DNA of 64,000 nt from positions 114,164-178,163 of the forward strand of contig JBGCET010000014.1 of NCBI GenBank assembly GCA_045106555.1. Direction: 5' to 3'. The notes below the pieces were generated by a model, which saw only the letters and a list, made by a program, of their open reading frames with translations, did not search any database and had not been told where the DNA came from. Shown in pieces: positions 1-10,082 of the stretch. The position numbers and the translations under genes were made by a program. The stretch's first letter is position 1, and each line of letters begins with the position of its first letter. Source of the stretch: Lysobacterales bacterium (GTDB taxonomy: Bacteria; Pseudomonadota; Gammaproteobacteria; Xanthomonadales; SZUA-38).

Positions 1-491
1 TAGACACTTTCTTTGGCGCTGAAAAACGTTAGCGCCAGTTCCGGGTCAGCGCTTGTCTGGAGCAAGGTGAGCTCAGGTTGCGTAAACAACAGGCGCCAGG
101 TATCGCGTTTGAGGCGCGAGGTTTTTTCAACGTCCAGCCCCAATCCACGTATGTGATCTGAGGATACCAGCCAGGCAAATGCGCTGGTCGCATCGTGGGT
201 GATGGTGCCCTTTATCGACGGGGGCCAACAGGGTTCCCGCTGGGTGCCAATGAGCAGATGTTCAATGGGCATTCCAAGACGTTTTGCACACTGCTTGGCT
301 GCGCGTCGTCCCGCCGCGAACTCCCGGCGTCGTTTTCCAACGGCTTTGGCCAGTGGGGTGCGTTCTTCCTTCGTCAAATCCTGCCAGTACTGATCCCGCA
401 GCGCGCTTTGGCGTGCACAGGAGCCAACAACGGCCTGCTGCAATTCATCGAGCAGTTGATTTTCAAACGGGGTCGGTGAGATTGCTGGCAC
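1..491 (-). CDS. 4'-phosphopantetheinyl transferase (EntD/Sfp superfamily), C-terminus cut by the window edge
   Basis: Absent from the ORF track because it runs off the edge. Manual minus-strand translation gives ...GKRRREFAAGRRAAKQCAKRLG..REPCWPPSIKGTITHDATSAFAWLVSS..GLGLDVEK..LTFFSAKESV. This matches EntD-type motifs (xEFxAGR, PxWPxxxxGSxxH-like, GxDxE, FSAKES). The start is tentatively the GTG at 491-489, overlapping the rmlC 3' end, and is uncertain. Confidence 0.6.
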   Translation of the reverse strand, partial: MPAISPTPFENQLLDELQQAVVGSCARQSALRDQYWQDLTKEERTPLAKAVGKRRREFAAGRRAAKQCAKRLGMPIEHLLIGTQREPCWPPSIKGTITHDATSAFAWLVSSDHIRGLGLDVEKTSRLKRDTWRLLFTQPELTLLQTSADPELALTFFSAKESV

Positions 492-1035
492 GGTATTTGG
501 GAAGGTGTTCGCAGGCTGAAAGTCGGGGAGCCTGCTGATCTTTTTCCGATAAAACAGGCGCGTCGACGGGCCATTGGATGCCGATTTCGGGATCGTCCCA
601 ACGAATACTCTGATCGTATTGTGGAGCATACACCTGGGTGCATTGATAGCTGAAAATGGCAAAATCCGAGGTGACACAAAAGCCGTGAGCGAATCCCTCA
701 GGCACATACAGTTGACGGTGATTGTCGCCTGACAGCGTGTAGCCTTCCCATTGGCCAAAGGTCGGTGAATTTCGACGAATATCGACCGCAACATCGAACA
801 CTTCACCCGCCAGCACATGAACCAGCTTGCCCTGAGGCTGCGGCTCTTGAAAGTGAAGGCCGCGCAACACCCCTTTGCTGGATTTGGACAAGTTGCTTTG
901 AGAAAACGTTACCGACAGGCCCGCGTTGCTGTAACGAGCATGGTTCCAGGTTTCCATAAAAAACCCACGGTCATCGCCAAACATTTCAGGCTCAAACAAC
1001 ATAACGCCAGGGATTTTTGTTTCTAGCACTTTCAT
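463..1035 (-). CDS. rmlC: dTDP-4-dehydrorhamnose 3,5-epimerase
   Basis: 190 aa. Contains FxDxRGxF, RGLHFQ and GFAHGF, as in RmlC cupins. Its start overlaps the rmlA stop. Confidence 0.93.
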   Translation of the reverse strand: MKVLETKIPGVMLFEPEMFGDDRGFFMETWNHARYSNAGLSVTFSQSNLSKSSKGVLRGLHFQEPQPQGKLVHVLAGEVFDVAVDIRRNSPTFGQWEGYTLSGDNHRQLYVPEGFAHGFCVTSDFAIFSYQCTQVYAPQYDQSIRWDDPEIGIQWPVDAPVLSEKDQQAPRLSACEHLPKYRASNLTDPV

Positions 1036-1919
1036 TCCGGCTGAGCGCCTCCGTCAGCCAATCCCAACAGGTATTGGCCGTAGCCATTTTTGCTCAGTGG
1101 TTCGGCGAGGTCTCGCAGTTCAGATGCGGAAATCCACCCGCTGCTGAAGGCTATTTCTTCCGGGCAGCAGATCCTTAGACCTTGGCGCTGTTCTAAGGTT
1201 TGAATATAGGTGCTGGCCTGCACCAATGATTCGTGGGTGCCTGTGTCCAACCAGGCATAACCCCGACCCATGCGTTCAAGGTGCAGCGCGTCACGCTGAA
1301 GATATTCCCGGTTAAGGTCGGTGATCTCCAATTCTCCGCGAGGTGAAGGCTTGAGGTTTGCCGCGTATTCCGATGCTTTACCATCGTAGAAGTAGAGCCC
1401 CGTTACGGCATAGTTAGATCTTGGCGTATCAGGTTTTTCTTCGATGCCAATCACCTTTCCGCTGCGGTCGATCTCTGCAACGCCATAGCGCTCGGGGTCA
1501 CTCACCCAGTATCCGAATACCGTTGCACCCTGGGAGCGGTCGTCCGCACGTTTGAGCATCTCACCCAGACCATGGCCGTAAAAAATGTTGTCCCCCAGCA
1601 CCAGACAGGAGTCCTGGCCGTCGACAAAATCTGCGCCAATCAGGTAGGCCTGCGCCAGGCCTCCTGGGTCAGGCTGCACGGCATAGCTGATCGATAGTCC
1701 CCAACTGGCGCCATCTCCCAGTAACGCTTGAAATAGCGCTCTGTCCTGGGGGGTGGTGATGATCAGAATTTCACGGATTCCCGCAAGCATTAAGACACTC
1801 AACGGGTAGTAAATCATGGGTTTATCGTAAATTGGTAGTAGCTGCTTGCTTACAACCCGAGTTACGGGATAAAGGCGCGTGCCACTGCCGCCTGCCAGAA
1901 TAATTCCACGTCGGCTCAT
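1032..1919 (-). CDS. rmlA: glucose-1-phosphate thymidylyltransferase
   Basis: 295 aa. N-terminal [16 protein letters not shown] nucleotidyltransferase motif, with RmlA-like sequence throughout. Confidence 0.95.
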   Translation of the reverse strand: MSRRGIILAGGSGTRLYPVTRVVSKQLLPIYDKPMIYYPLSVLMLAGIREILIITTPQDRALFQALLGDGASWGLSISYAVQPDPGGLAQAYLIGADFVDGQDSCLVLGDNIFYGHGLGEMLKRADDRSQGATVFGYWVSDPERYGVAEIDRSGKVIGIEEKPDTPRSNYAVTGLYFYDGKASEYAANLKPSPRGELEITDLNREYLQRDALHLERMGRGYAWLDTGTHESLVQASTYIQTLEQRQGLRICCPEEIAFSSGWISASELRDLAEPLSKNGYGQYLLGLADGGAQPE

Positions 1920-2998
1920 TGCGTTGCTCCATTTTTGTCACCGACGGTTCCGAGACGCTCGCCCTGGTAGCTGCCGTCAAGGATGTTGTCGACCCATTGT
2001 TGGTTATTGAGGTACCAATCGATGGTGTCACCAATGCCCTGGGAGAACGAAAACTGCGGCTGCCAACCCAAAGCGTTCTTCAGCTTGCTGGCATCAATGG
2101 CGTAGCGCTTGTCATGTCCAGGACGATCTTTGACAAACGTAATCTGGTCTCGGTACTTCGCTCCGGAAAGCGGGCGTTTTTTGTCGAGGTCAGCGCAAAT
2201 GGTCTCGACCACGTCGATATTGGTCATCTCGGCGTCGCCACCAACGTTATATACCTCGCCCGGCGTTCCGCCTTCCAACACCCTGGCGATAGCGGCGCAA
2301 TGATCCGATACGTGGAGCCAGTCGCGAACGTTGAGTCCGTCTCCGTAGATGGGCAGAGGTTCACCCGCGAGTGCTTTGCTGATGATCAATGGAATCAATT
2401 TTTCTGGAAATTGGAAAGGGCCGTAATTGTTAGAACAATTAGTAGTTAATACCGGCAACCCGTAGGTGTGGTGAAAAGCGCGAACAAGGTGGTCAGACGC
2501 AGCCTTGGACGCCGAGTAAGGCGAATTCGGTGCGTAAGGGGTTGTTTCAGTGAACTGTCCGGTATCGCCAAGTGAACCGTAAACCTCATCGGTGGAAACG
2601 TGCAGGAATCGGAAGTGTTCCTGCGCCGGTGATTCCAGGCCCTGCCAATATTTCAACGTAGTTTCCAGCAGCGCCAACGTTCCAACAACATTGGTTTGAA
2701 CGAACGCAGCTGGACCGTCGATTGAGCGATCGACATGGCTTTCCGCGGCAAAGTTGATTACTGCAGTTGGCCGGGTGCCTTCCATCAACGTGCCAACCAA
2801 CGCTCGGTTTCCGATGTCCCCATGGACGAATTGATGATTTTCCTGGCCCATCACCGCCTTTAACGTGTCCAAATTTCCCGCATAGGTCAGGGCATCGAGA
2901 TTGACGATGTCCGCATGTCCTCGGTCCAGGCAATTCAGTACAAAATTCCCGCCAATAAACCCGGCGCCGCCGGTGACAAGCCACAGAGGTTTTTTCAC
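1916..2998 (-). CDS. rmlB: dTDP-glucose 4,6-dehydratase
   Basis: TGGAGFIG Rossmann motif, YSASK catalytic motif and an RmlB-like C-terminus. The ORF extends to 3043, but a GTG at 2998 ([11 protein letters not shown]) with a GGGAAG-like RBS gives the usual ~360 aa length. Confidence 0.9.
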   Translation of the reverse strand: MKKPLWLVTGGAGFIGGNFVLNCLDRGHADIVNLDALTYAGNLDTLKAVMGQENHQFVHGDIGNRALVGTLMEGTRPTAVINFAAESHVDRSIDGPAAFVQTNVVGTLALLETTLKYWQGLESPAQEHFRFLHVSTDEVYGSLGDTGQFTETTPYAPNSPYSASKAASDHLVRAFHHTYGLPVLTTNCSNNYGPFQFPEKLIPLIISKALAGEPLPIYGDGLNVRDWLHVSDHCAAIARVLEGGTPGEVYNVGGDAEMTNIDVVETICADLDKKRPLSGAKYRDQITFVKDRPGHDKRYAIDASKLKNALGWQPQFSFSQGIGDTIDWYLNNQQWVDNILDGSYQGERLGTVGDKNGATQ

Positions 2999-3110
2999 TT
3001 TGCTTCCCGATGTTTTCTTTAAAAGACAGACTTGGCCTGGCAACCGTTCACCTTTAGTCCCCCATTGACGCCAGGAACTTTAGGTTGTGGCCGCAGGGGT
3101 ATAGCCCAAC

Positions 3111-3602
3111 TCAGAATGGAATGTCGTCGTCGAAATCATCGGCAGGCGGTGCTGAAGGTGCCTGAGGCTGGCCACCGCCGCCTCCGCTGCCGCCACCACT
3201 GCCACCACGTTGCTGAGGTCGACCACCGCCGCCGCCTTCGAACGGCGCGCTCCCGCCGCCACCTCCGCGGCTGTCCAGCATTTGCATTTCTTCTGCCACG
3301 ATTTCGGTAGTCCAGCGATCTTGGCCCTGTTTATCTTGCCATTTGCGAGTCTGCAGGCGGCCTTCCAGGTAAATTTTTGAGCCTTTTCGCAGGTATTCGG
3401 CGGCAATTTCACCCAGGCGCCCAAAAAGTACCGCCCGATGCCACTCGGTTTCCTCACGCATTTCATTGCTCTGCTTATCGCGCCAGCTGCGTGAGGTGGC
3501 CACGCTGAGGTTGCTGATGGCCGCTCCGTTAGCGGTATAGCGGGTGTCGGGGTCCGAACCTAAGTTTCCGACCAAAATTACTTTATTCACACCGCGCGCC
3601 AT
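3111..3602 (-). CDS. ssb: single-stranded DNA-binding protein
   Basis: 163 aa. [20 protein letters not shown]-fold N-terminus, Gly-rich linker and acidic DDDIPF tail. Confidence 0.96.
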   Translation of the reverse strand: MARGVNKVILVGNLGSDPDTRYTANGAAISNLSVATSRSWRDKQSNEMREETEWHRAVLFGRLGEIAAEYLRKGSKIYLEGRLQTRKWQDKQGQDRWTTEIVAEEMQMLDSRGGGGGSAPFEGGGGGRPQQRGGSGGGSGGGGGQPQAPSAPPADDFDDDIPF

Positions 3603-3717
3603 GGTTTTCTCCTTAAGTCAGGGCCACTTACCGACCGACGATTCTATCAGAAAGCCATGGACGATCTGTAGGAGCGAAGACGGTTTATCCGTGAGTCATC
3701 ACCGCGTTTGTCCTATA

Positions 3718-4755
3718 ATGGGGAGTCAAGCAACGAGTTTCCCCGTGTCTGCAACAGTAAACGATCTTAATTCGTCGTCTTCAGGCGACTATTTCGCCAG
3801 TGTCACTGACCTGGTCCGCGACGAAATGGCGTTGGTGGACCGGTGTATCCGTGGCGGACTGCACTCGGATGTTGCGCTCATCAACCAGGTGTCCGACTAC
3901 ATCGTTGGTGGTGGCGGCAAACGGCTGCGTCCGGCGCTACACCTGCTCTGCGCCAAGGCCGTTGGCTACGAGGGTAGCCAGCAAATTTCGCTAGCGGCAA
4001 TTATTGAATTCATTCATACCGCGACCCTGTTGCACGATGACGTGGTGGATGAATCGGAGCTTAGGCGAGGTAAAAACACCGCCAATGCGGTCTGGGGTAA
4101 CGCGGCCAGCGTGTTGGTGGGAGATTTTCTTTACTCCCGCGCCTTTCAGATGATGGTGGAGATCGACCAGATGGCCATCATGCGCATCATGTCCGATACC
4201 ACTAATACTATTGCGGAAGGTGAGGTGATGCAGCTGCTCAATCAGGGAAACCCTGATACTGATGAAGCGCGTTATCTGACGGTGATTCGTTGTAAGACGG
4301 CAAAACTATTTGAGGCAGCAGCCAGGCTTGGAGCCGTCATTCACGGTGCCCCCGACGAAATTGAGAGAGCGTTAGCCAACTATGGCATGCACCTGGGGCT
4401 CGCTTTTCAACTCGCGGATGACATGCTGGACTACGCGGGCAACACCCACGAGCTGGGTAAAAATCTGGGCGATGATCTAGCGGAAGGAAAGCCCACATTG
4501 CCGTTGATTCACGTGATGAGAGAAGGAAGCCAGGCCCAGAGAGATCTGGTTCGCGGCGCCATCGAGTCTGATGGACTGCAGGACCTGGGCCAGGTTATTG
4601 AAGCAATAAAGGACACTCGGGCGTTGGAATACACCCGCGACCGCGCGCTGGCTGAAGCTCAAATGGCCAGCGCTTCATTAGACTGCGTGCCATCAGGGCC
4701 GGCTAAATCCGGCCTAATCACACTGGCTGAACTGGCGGTTTCCCGCCGCAGCTGA
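3718..4755 (+). CDS. ispB: octaprenyl-diphosphate synthase (trans-polyprenyl diphosphate synthase)
   Basis: Contains GGGKRLRP, and the DDxxD motifs LLHDDVVDES and FQLADDMLD. The ORF-track start at 3544 overlaps ssb, so I trimmed to the ATG at 3718. A GTG at 3745 is also possible. Confidence 0.88.
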   Translation: MGSQATSFPVSATVNDLNSSSSGDYFASVTDLVRDEMALVDRCIRGGLHSDVALINQVSDYIVGGGGKRLRPALHLLCAKAVGYEGSQQISLAAIIEFIHTATLLHDDVVDESELRRGKNTANAVWGNAASVLVGDFLYSRAFQMMVEIDQMAIMRIMSDTTNTIAEGEVMQLLNQGNPDTDEARYLTVIRCKTAKLFEAAARLGAVIHGAPDEIERALANYGMHLGLAFQLADDMLDYAGNTHELGKNLGDDLAEGKPTLPLIHVMREGSQAQRDLVRGAIESDGLQDLGQVIEAIKDTRALEYTRDRALAEAQMASASLDCVPSGPAKSGLITLAELAVSRRS

Positions 4756-4835
4756 CCCATACCCGAACGTAATTAGCTGCCGGCGGCCGGCCTGTTGTGT
4801 ATGACAGGCTTTCCAGCCTGCACCGGAGATTTGTT

Positions 4836-6659
4836 GTGAGTGACATTCGAAACATTGCCATCATCGCCCATGTCGATCATGGAAAAACCACCTTGGTTGA
4901 TCAACTGCTGAAACAGTCCGGCACGCTGGACGCCCGTGCTGATATTCCTGAGCGGGCCATGGACTCCAACGATCTTGAGCGAGAGCGCGGCATCACGATT
5001 TTGTCAAAAAATACGGCGGTAGATTGGAACGACTACCGCATCAATATCGTTGACACGCCTGGGCACGCCGACTTTGGTGGCGAGGTTGAGCGGGTTCTGT
5101 CGATGGTGGATTCAGTGCTGCTGCTGGTGGATGCCGTTGAGGGCCCGATGCCTCAAACCCGGTTTGTTACCCAAAAGGCCTTTGCTTTGGGTCTGAAACC
5201 TATTGTGGTCATCAATAAGATGGACCGGCCCGGTGCTCGTCCCAGCTGGGTGCTGGACCAAACCTTCGATCTTTTCGATCGCCTCGGGGCGACGGAAGAT
5301 CAATTAGATTTCACGACGGTTTATGCGTCTGCTGTGCAGGGCAAGGCGAGTCTGGACCCCGACGTTCTGGATGACACCTTGGAACCCTTGTTTCGGGTCA
5401 TTGCCGATGAAGTGCCGCCCCCGGCCGTTGATCCTGACGCGCCGTTCCAAATGCAGATCATCACGCTGGATTACTCCTCGTATGTCGGCGTAATAGGCAT
5501 AGGCCGTATTTCCCGGGGCACAGTGAAAACCAACACGCCGGTGACCGTGGTCGGCCCCGGCGGGTCAAAACGCAATGCGCGAGTCCTTCAGGTTCTGGGG
5601 ATGACGGGGCTGGAGAGAATTGAGGTGCCTGAGGCAAGTGCCGGCGACATTATTGCGGTATCCGGGATCGAGGGCCTGGGCATTTCTGAAACTCTGTGTG
5701 ATCGCCAGCATCTGGACGCATTACCTGAGCTGACCGTGGACGAACCCACCATCAGCATGTCGTTCCGAGTGAACTCCTCACCTTTCGCTGGCCGTGACGG
5801 TAAATATCTCACTTCACGCCAGATTCGCGAGCGCCTGATGCGCGAGGCCAGTCACAACGTGGCATTGCGAGTGGAAGACACCGCAGACCCGGATATCTTT
5901 CAGGTATCAGGCCGGGGCGAGCTACACCTGGCGGTGTTGATTGAAACCATGCGCCGGGAAAAGTACGAACTGGCAATTTCTCGCCCACGTGTGGTGCTGA
6001 GAGAGGTCGACGGGGTGGTCTGCGAGCCCTTCGAGGAACTGGTTGTGGACCTGGCGGAGAGCGGGCAGGGCGCGGTGATGCAGCGGCTGGGTGAACGCCG
6101 GGGCGAGCTGCGCAACATCCAGGCTGACGGCGATGGCCGGGTGCGTCTGGAGTACGCGATTCCATCCCGAGGGTTAATCGGTTTTCAGTCGGAATTCCGA
6201 ACCTTGACCGCAGGCGAAGGCCTGATGCACCACCGATTCGAGGATTTTCGCCCGCGAATCGGCGAACGCATTGCGCCGCGAAAACATGGCGTATTGATTT
6301 CCAACGGCACCGGGAAGGCACTGGCTTATGCCTTGTTCAATCTGCAGGAACGCGGACGGTTGATGATCGACGCCGGTGAAGAGGTATATGGAGGTCAGGT
6401 GATTGGCCAACATTCCCGCAACAACGACCTGACGGTTAACCCGTTGAAGGGCAAGCAACTTACGAACGTTCGCGCCGCTGGCAAGGACGATGCGTTACTG
6501 CTCACTCCCCCGATTCGATTTTCGCTGGAACAAGCCATGGAATACATCGAAGACGACGAGCTGGTGGAGGTAACCCCCACCGCCCTCAGAGTACGCAAAG
6601 CCTTGCTGGGAGAGTCCGATCGCAAACGGGCTGGGCGGGAGTCGAAAACCGCAGAATAG
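4836..6659 (+). CDS. typA: translational GTPase TypA/BipA
   Basis: [20 protein letters not shown]1 motif, [12 protein letters not shown], and a BipA-type C-terminal domain. Start trimmed to the GTG at 4836 ([10 protein letters not shown]) by comparison with BipA N-termini. Confidence 0.93.
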   Translation: MSDIRNIAIIAHVDHGKTTLVDQLLKQSGTLDARADIPERAMDSNDLERERGITILSKNTAVDWNDYRINIVDTPGHADFGGEVERVLSMVDSVLLLVDAVEGPMPQTRFVTQKAFALGLKPIVVINKMDRPGARPSWVLDQTFDLFDRLGATEDQLDFTTVYASAVQGKASLDPDVLDDTLEPLFRVIADEVPPPAVDPDAPFQMQIITLDYSSYVGVIGIGRISRGTVKTNTPVTVVGPGGSKRNARVLQVLGMTGLERIEVPEASAGDIIAVSGIEGLGISETLCDRQHLDALPELTVDEPTISMSFRVNSSPFAGRDGKYLTSRQIRERLMREASHNVALRVEDTADPDIFQVSGRGELHLAVLIETMRREKYELAISRPRVVLREVDGVVCEPFEELVVDLAESGQGAVMQRLGERRGELRNIQADGDGRVRLEYAIPSRGLIGFQSEFRTLTAGEGLMHHRFEDFRPRIGERIAPRKHGVLISNGTGKALAYALFNLQERGRLMIDAGEEVYGGQVIGQHSRNNDLTVNPLKGKQLTNVRAAGKDDALLLTPPIRFSLEQAMEYIEDDELVEVTPTALRVRKALLGESDRKRAGRESKTAE

Positions 6660-6668
6660 GGAAGGGCG

Positions 6669-7649
6669 CTAAGACTCCTGACCGGTAAACCGTTTCCAAA
6701 ATCGGCGAATCGGAGAGCCTGCCTGCGCTAACAGGCGCTGAAGCTCCGGCGTAGACTCCGTTGCCGCTAGAAAACCACTGTCCAGCAGTTGTTCAAAGGC
6801 GCCAAACTGTGACCAGTGCAAGGCATGCACCTGGGGGTAGAAGACAAAATCTGCCTTTTCTGCCTGCAGCTGAGCCAAGGTGATCTGGGTTAAATGTTCC
6901 GCTCGCATCATTAGCGAGTACACGCTGAGTTGTTCCAGGCTCGGCAGCTGGCGCTGATTGACTTCGCTGGCAATCACAAAGTCCACCTGTGAGCGGAGAG
7001 GGTCCACCGGCACGGGCATGAACACGCCGCCATCGGCAATGACCGAATCCCCGGAAATTTCTGCCTCCAGCACTCCCGGGATGCTGGCGCTATTGCACAG
7101 GGCGTTCAGCAGATCGCCTCGGTCATAAAGAACCGGTTTACCTGTGCTCAGGTCGGCGGCACAAACGACCAGTGGAATCTCAAGTTCAGAAAAATCTCTC
7201 GCCGGCAGCAGGTACTCCAGCGCGTCCAGCAGCAGCTGACGGGGAATAATGTACTGACGCAGCAGGGACATATTGACCACCATGTGGTCTTGCAGTCGGC
7301 GGGAAAAAACGCCGCCCTCAGAATCCCGCTCATACCGGCGTGCCAGCCGTTGGGTTCCCAGTTTGAGAAAGACATCGGTAGCCAGAAAATCTCGAAATTG
7401 GTGTTCGATCCATTCCGGGTCAGGGCGCGCTGCATACATCGCTGCCACAATGGCGCCAGCTGACGTTCCGGCCAACGCGTCGACCACCACCTTTTGATCG
7501 TGCAGGTGTTTCAGTACACCAATGTGAGCGATTCCGCGCGCCCCTCCTCCGGCTAACGCTAATCCTGTTCGCAGCTTCACCACCCAACCTTCACCCGTTT
7601 GAAGATATAAAGTGTGCCTGTGCTGGTCGCCGAATGCATCCTGAATCAA
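6669..7649 (-). CDS. patatin-like phospholipase family protein
   Basis: GGGARG oxyanion motif, GTSAG nucleophile elbow and a DGG catalytic-Asp motif. The start is uncertain (TTG at 7649 or internal GTGs near 7583/7580). Confidence 0.85.
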   Translation of the reverse strand: MIQDAFGDQHRHTLYLQTGEGWVVKLRTGLALAGGGARGIAHIGVLKHLHDQKVVVDALAGTSAGAIVAAMYAARPDPEWIEHQFRDFLATDVFLKLGTQRLARRYERDSEGGVFSRRLQDHMVVNMSLLRQYIIPRQLLLDALEYLLPARDFSELEIPLVVCAADLSTGKPVLYDRGDLLNALCNSASIPGVLEAEISGDSVIADGGVFMPVPVDPLRSQVDFVIASEVNQRQLPSLEQLSVYSLMMRAEHLTQITLAQLQAEKADFVFYPQVHALHWSQFGAFEQLLDSGFLAATESTPELQRLLAQAGSPIRRFWKRFTGQES

Positions 7650-7751
7650 GACACGCTTGATTTAGGTAATCTATGCAACCGAACTACGGGTTTTGCGGTC
7701 TACACTCAGGTAACGCAAATAATGCTTAAGGTGACAGCGAATTTCGGCACC

Positions 7752-7780
7752 TTGCCAGTTAACCCGACTCGTTCTAATCT
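7752..7780 (+). promoter_or_regulatory. putative sigma70-type promoter (TTGCCA-17 nt-TAATCT)
   Basis: The -35 TTGCCA lies at 7752-7757 and the -10 TAATCT at 7775-7780, separated by a 17-nt spacer. The -10 ends 6 nt before the ATG at 7787, and no Shine-Dalgarno sequence lies between them. Confidence 0.3.
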
Positions 7781-7786
7781 CTACCT

Positions 7787-9313
7787 ATGACGAAAGTGGC
7801 ACCGTTTTACCGATTCTCTCCATCCCGGCTGACGATAATTGGCCTGTGGGTTTGTTGTTGGGTTTCCCTGGCAGTTGCTCAAACGCCGCCCCAAGAGACC
7901 GGACAACCGTCATCTTCTGAGCCTTTGCTGTCAGTCGATTCAGACCCCGGCGCGCTCGGGGGCGACAGTTTCGAGGCAGCGGATGCTGATGAAACACTGT
8001 CTGCTGATGAGCAGCAAGCGTTTGATGAACTTACCGAAGATGGACCGCTTTCTGCGACGCCTGGATTCGGCGCCATCGGCGACCTCCGCGTTGATCGCTT
8101 TGAGGCTCGGCAGGTATTTTCCAACTATATGGTGTCAGAAGAATATCCCGCGGCTATTGAGGCTGCGGTCACCGGACTGACGCTTACCCGGGAAGAGCTG
8201 GGGGAAAATCATCCTGAGACGATTCCCTACATGAATGATCTTGCTAATGCGCTGCTGCGTAACAATCAGCCAGGAGAGGCGCGCATTCAGTTTGAGAAGA
8301 GCGTGAGTCTACTGCGTGAAACCGCCGGAGTTTTCAGTCCGGAGTTGGTGGAGCCGCTGGTGGGGCTTGGGCTGGCCTTCCAGGATATGGACGAACACGA
8401 TCAAGCGATCGATACGTTCAATTACGCGCAACACGTCACCCACCGGGATGAGGGGGTATATAACCTGGGCCAGGTGCGAATAATCGAGGCGACGGCCAGC
8501 AGCTTTGCCGCCCAGGAAAAGTGGCTGCAGGCGGAGAATCTGCATTTGCTGGCATACAAACTGTACCGGCGAAATTATGGCGCAGACAGCGAAGAAACGT
8601 TGCCCGGCATGTACCGATTGGCCCGCTGGTACCAGCAGGTTCAAGACTACCGACAGGCTCGCGTGGTATTCCGTAAGGCGATGAAGCGCATCGAAGCGCA
8701 GCACGGAGAGCAGTCGCCCCGATTGATACCGCCGCTGAAAGGCATTGCGGGTGCTTATCTGGAAGAAAATGGTCCCGATGCCATCAAGGGGCTTCGTGCC
8801 TCAGAAGAAATTCTGAGAATCATGAACAACAACCCCAAGGAATTTAGTCTGGAACAACGCATCCTGGCCCATCTGGAGATGGGGGACTGGTTTGTTCAGT
8901 TTAACCGGTCAGACGATGCTTGGGGCCAGTATCGGTCCGGCTGGGAGTTGGCCCAGACTGACAATGAGACCAACCGGGACTGGATGCAGTATTTTGATCG
9001 CCCCCACCTGATTTACCCAGGCGCGCGACTCGGGCTGGAAGTGATTGGTTTTGGCCGGGTTGGTGATCAGGTTTACTACGACTTTCAATTCACCATTGCC
9101 CGTAGCGGTCGGCCTGAAGAAATTGAAATTATCGGCACCAATCTTCACGGCCAAACCCGCTCGGTGGCATTGCAGGCGTTTCGGTTTGCTCGTTTCAGAC
9201 CGCGTATTGTGGACGGTTCAACCGTCTCTACGCCGGGTTACAAGGTGCGACGGGTTTACCCAACGGATGCTCCCCCAGGATACGGAACTTCTGAAGTAGG
9301 TCGCCGCGGCTGA
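7787..9313 (+). CDS. secreted TPR-repeat protein with a TonB C-terminal-like domain
   Basis: 508 aa. N-terminal signal-like segment (LTIIGLWVCCWVSLAVAQ), an acidic linker and TPR-like helical repeats. The C-terminal YYDFQFTIARSGRPEEIEIIG...ALQAFRFARFRPRIVDG resembles the TonB_C fold pattern. Confidence 0.6.
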   Translation: MTKVAPFYRFSPSRLTIIGLWVCCWVSLAVAQTPPQETGQPSSSEPLLSVDSDPGALGGDSFEAADADETLSADEQQAFDELTEDGPLSATPGFGAIGDLRVDRFEARQVFSNYMVSEEYPAAIEAAVTGLTLTREELGENHPETIPYMNDLANALLRNNQPGEARIQFEKSVSLLRETAGVFSPELVEPLVGLGLAFQDMDEHDQAIDTFNYAQHVTHRDEGVYNLGQVRIIEATASSFAAQEKWLQAENLHLLAYKLYRRNYGADSEETLPGMYRLARWYQQVQDYRQARVVFRKAMKRIEAQHGEQSPRLIPPLKGIAGAYLEENGPDAIKGLRASEEILRIMNNNPKEFSLEQRILAHLEMGDWFVQFNRSDDAWGQYRSGWELAQTDNETNRDWMQYFDRPHLIYPGARLGLEVIGFGRVGDQVYYDFQFTIARSGRPEEIEIIGTNLHGQTRSVALQAFRFARFRPRIVDGSTVSTPGYKVRRVYPTDAPPGYGTSEVGRRG

Positions 9314-9398
9314 CGCCCCAAGTCAGATTACCTGGATGGTATAGGCCAGTACCCGCACTGAAATTCAAAGTCTGACCCAGGATTCACTCTGGGGATGA

Positions 9399-10082
9399 CT
9401 AAGGTCCGGCCGACGAGCCAGCCTGCGTGCCAGCTAAGATATCGCCAAGCTGTTGTCCCAGACTTTTGCAGGACGCATTTTTCGTGCGCGCGATGAGCGG
9501 TAGGGGCACTCCTAAAGCGGGTACGACTGAGGTTCCCGTTGCTTCCGTGCTGATGACCCCCATCGGCGTGCCCTCGCGAACGTCCCAGATAGACGCTTCA
9601 TAATTGGAGTTGTTGTCCCAGCTCAATACGCCCAGACAGCCGCCGCCAGCGGGACTCAGGGTGCAGGTCATCATGCCCTGCTTGTTGCGGGCCTCCGATT
9701 CGCCGTGAATCCACACCAGATACCGCACGTTCAGGTCTTCTACTTTGGCGGCAATAACGGGTTCGTCCAGCAGCACATTAACCAGTTCGGCGCGGGTGGG
9801 TGCCAGGCGCGGCTCGAACCAAGGAAACATCTCGTCCTTAAAACGATCCTCACTGATGATATTGACTTCGGAGGCGCGGGATCTCAGTTGCCCGTAAAGG
9901 CATTGAGAGAAGCTGTCCTCGGTTTCAATGACCGCATCTTGGCGGTTAGTTAAGATCACCACCGCGTCGTCCCCGGTCATCACCAGTTCTTCCTGCATGT
10001 ATTCTTCAACCCGGGCTGTGACACAACCGGTCAGGGTAACAATCAGTGCTGCACTAATGCCGAGCTGGGCCGGGTTTTTCAT
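9399..10082 (-). CDS. hypothetical lipoprotein
   Basis: MKNPAQLGISAALIVTLTGC lipobox. Start trimmed to the ATG at 10082, which forms an ATGA overlap with the upstream gene's stop and has GGAGG 8 nt upstream. Confidence 0.7.
   Translation of the reverse strand: MKNPAQLGISAALIVTLTGCVTARVEEYMQEELVMTGDDAVVILTNRQDAVIETEDSFSQCLYGQLRSRASEVNIISEDRFKDEMFPWFEPRLAPTRAELVNVLLDEPVIAAKVEDLNVRYLVWIHGESEARNKQGMMTCTLSPAGGGCLGVLSWDNNSNYEASIWDVREGTPMGVISTEATGTSVVPALGVPLPLIARTKNASCKSLGQQLGDILAGTQAGSSAGP

Noticed and set aside
195-538. Three overlapping plus-strand ORFs (195-479, 199-393, 284-538) offered by the ORF track.
   Set aside because: The opposite strand encodes a clear EntD-type PPTase through this whole region. 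The plus-strand products have no motifs.
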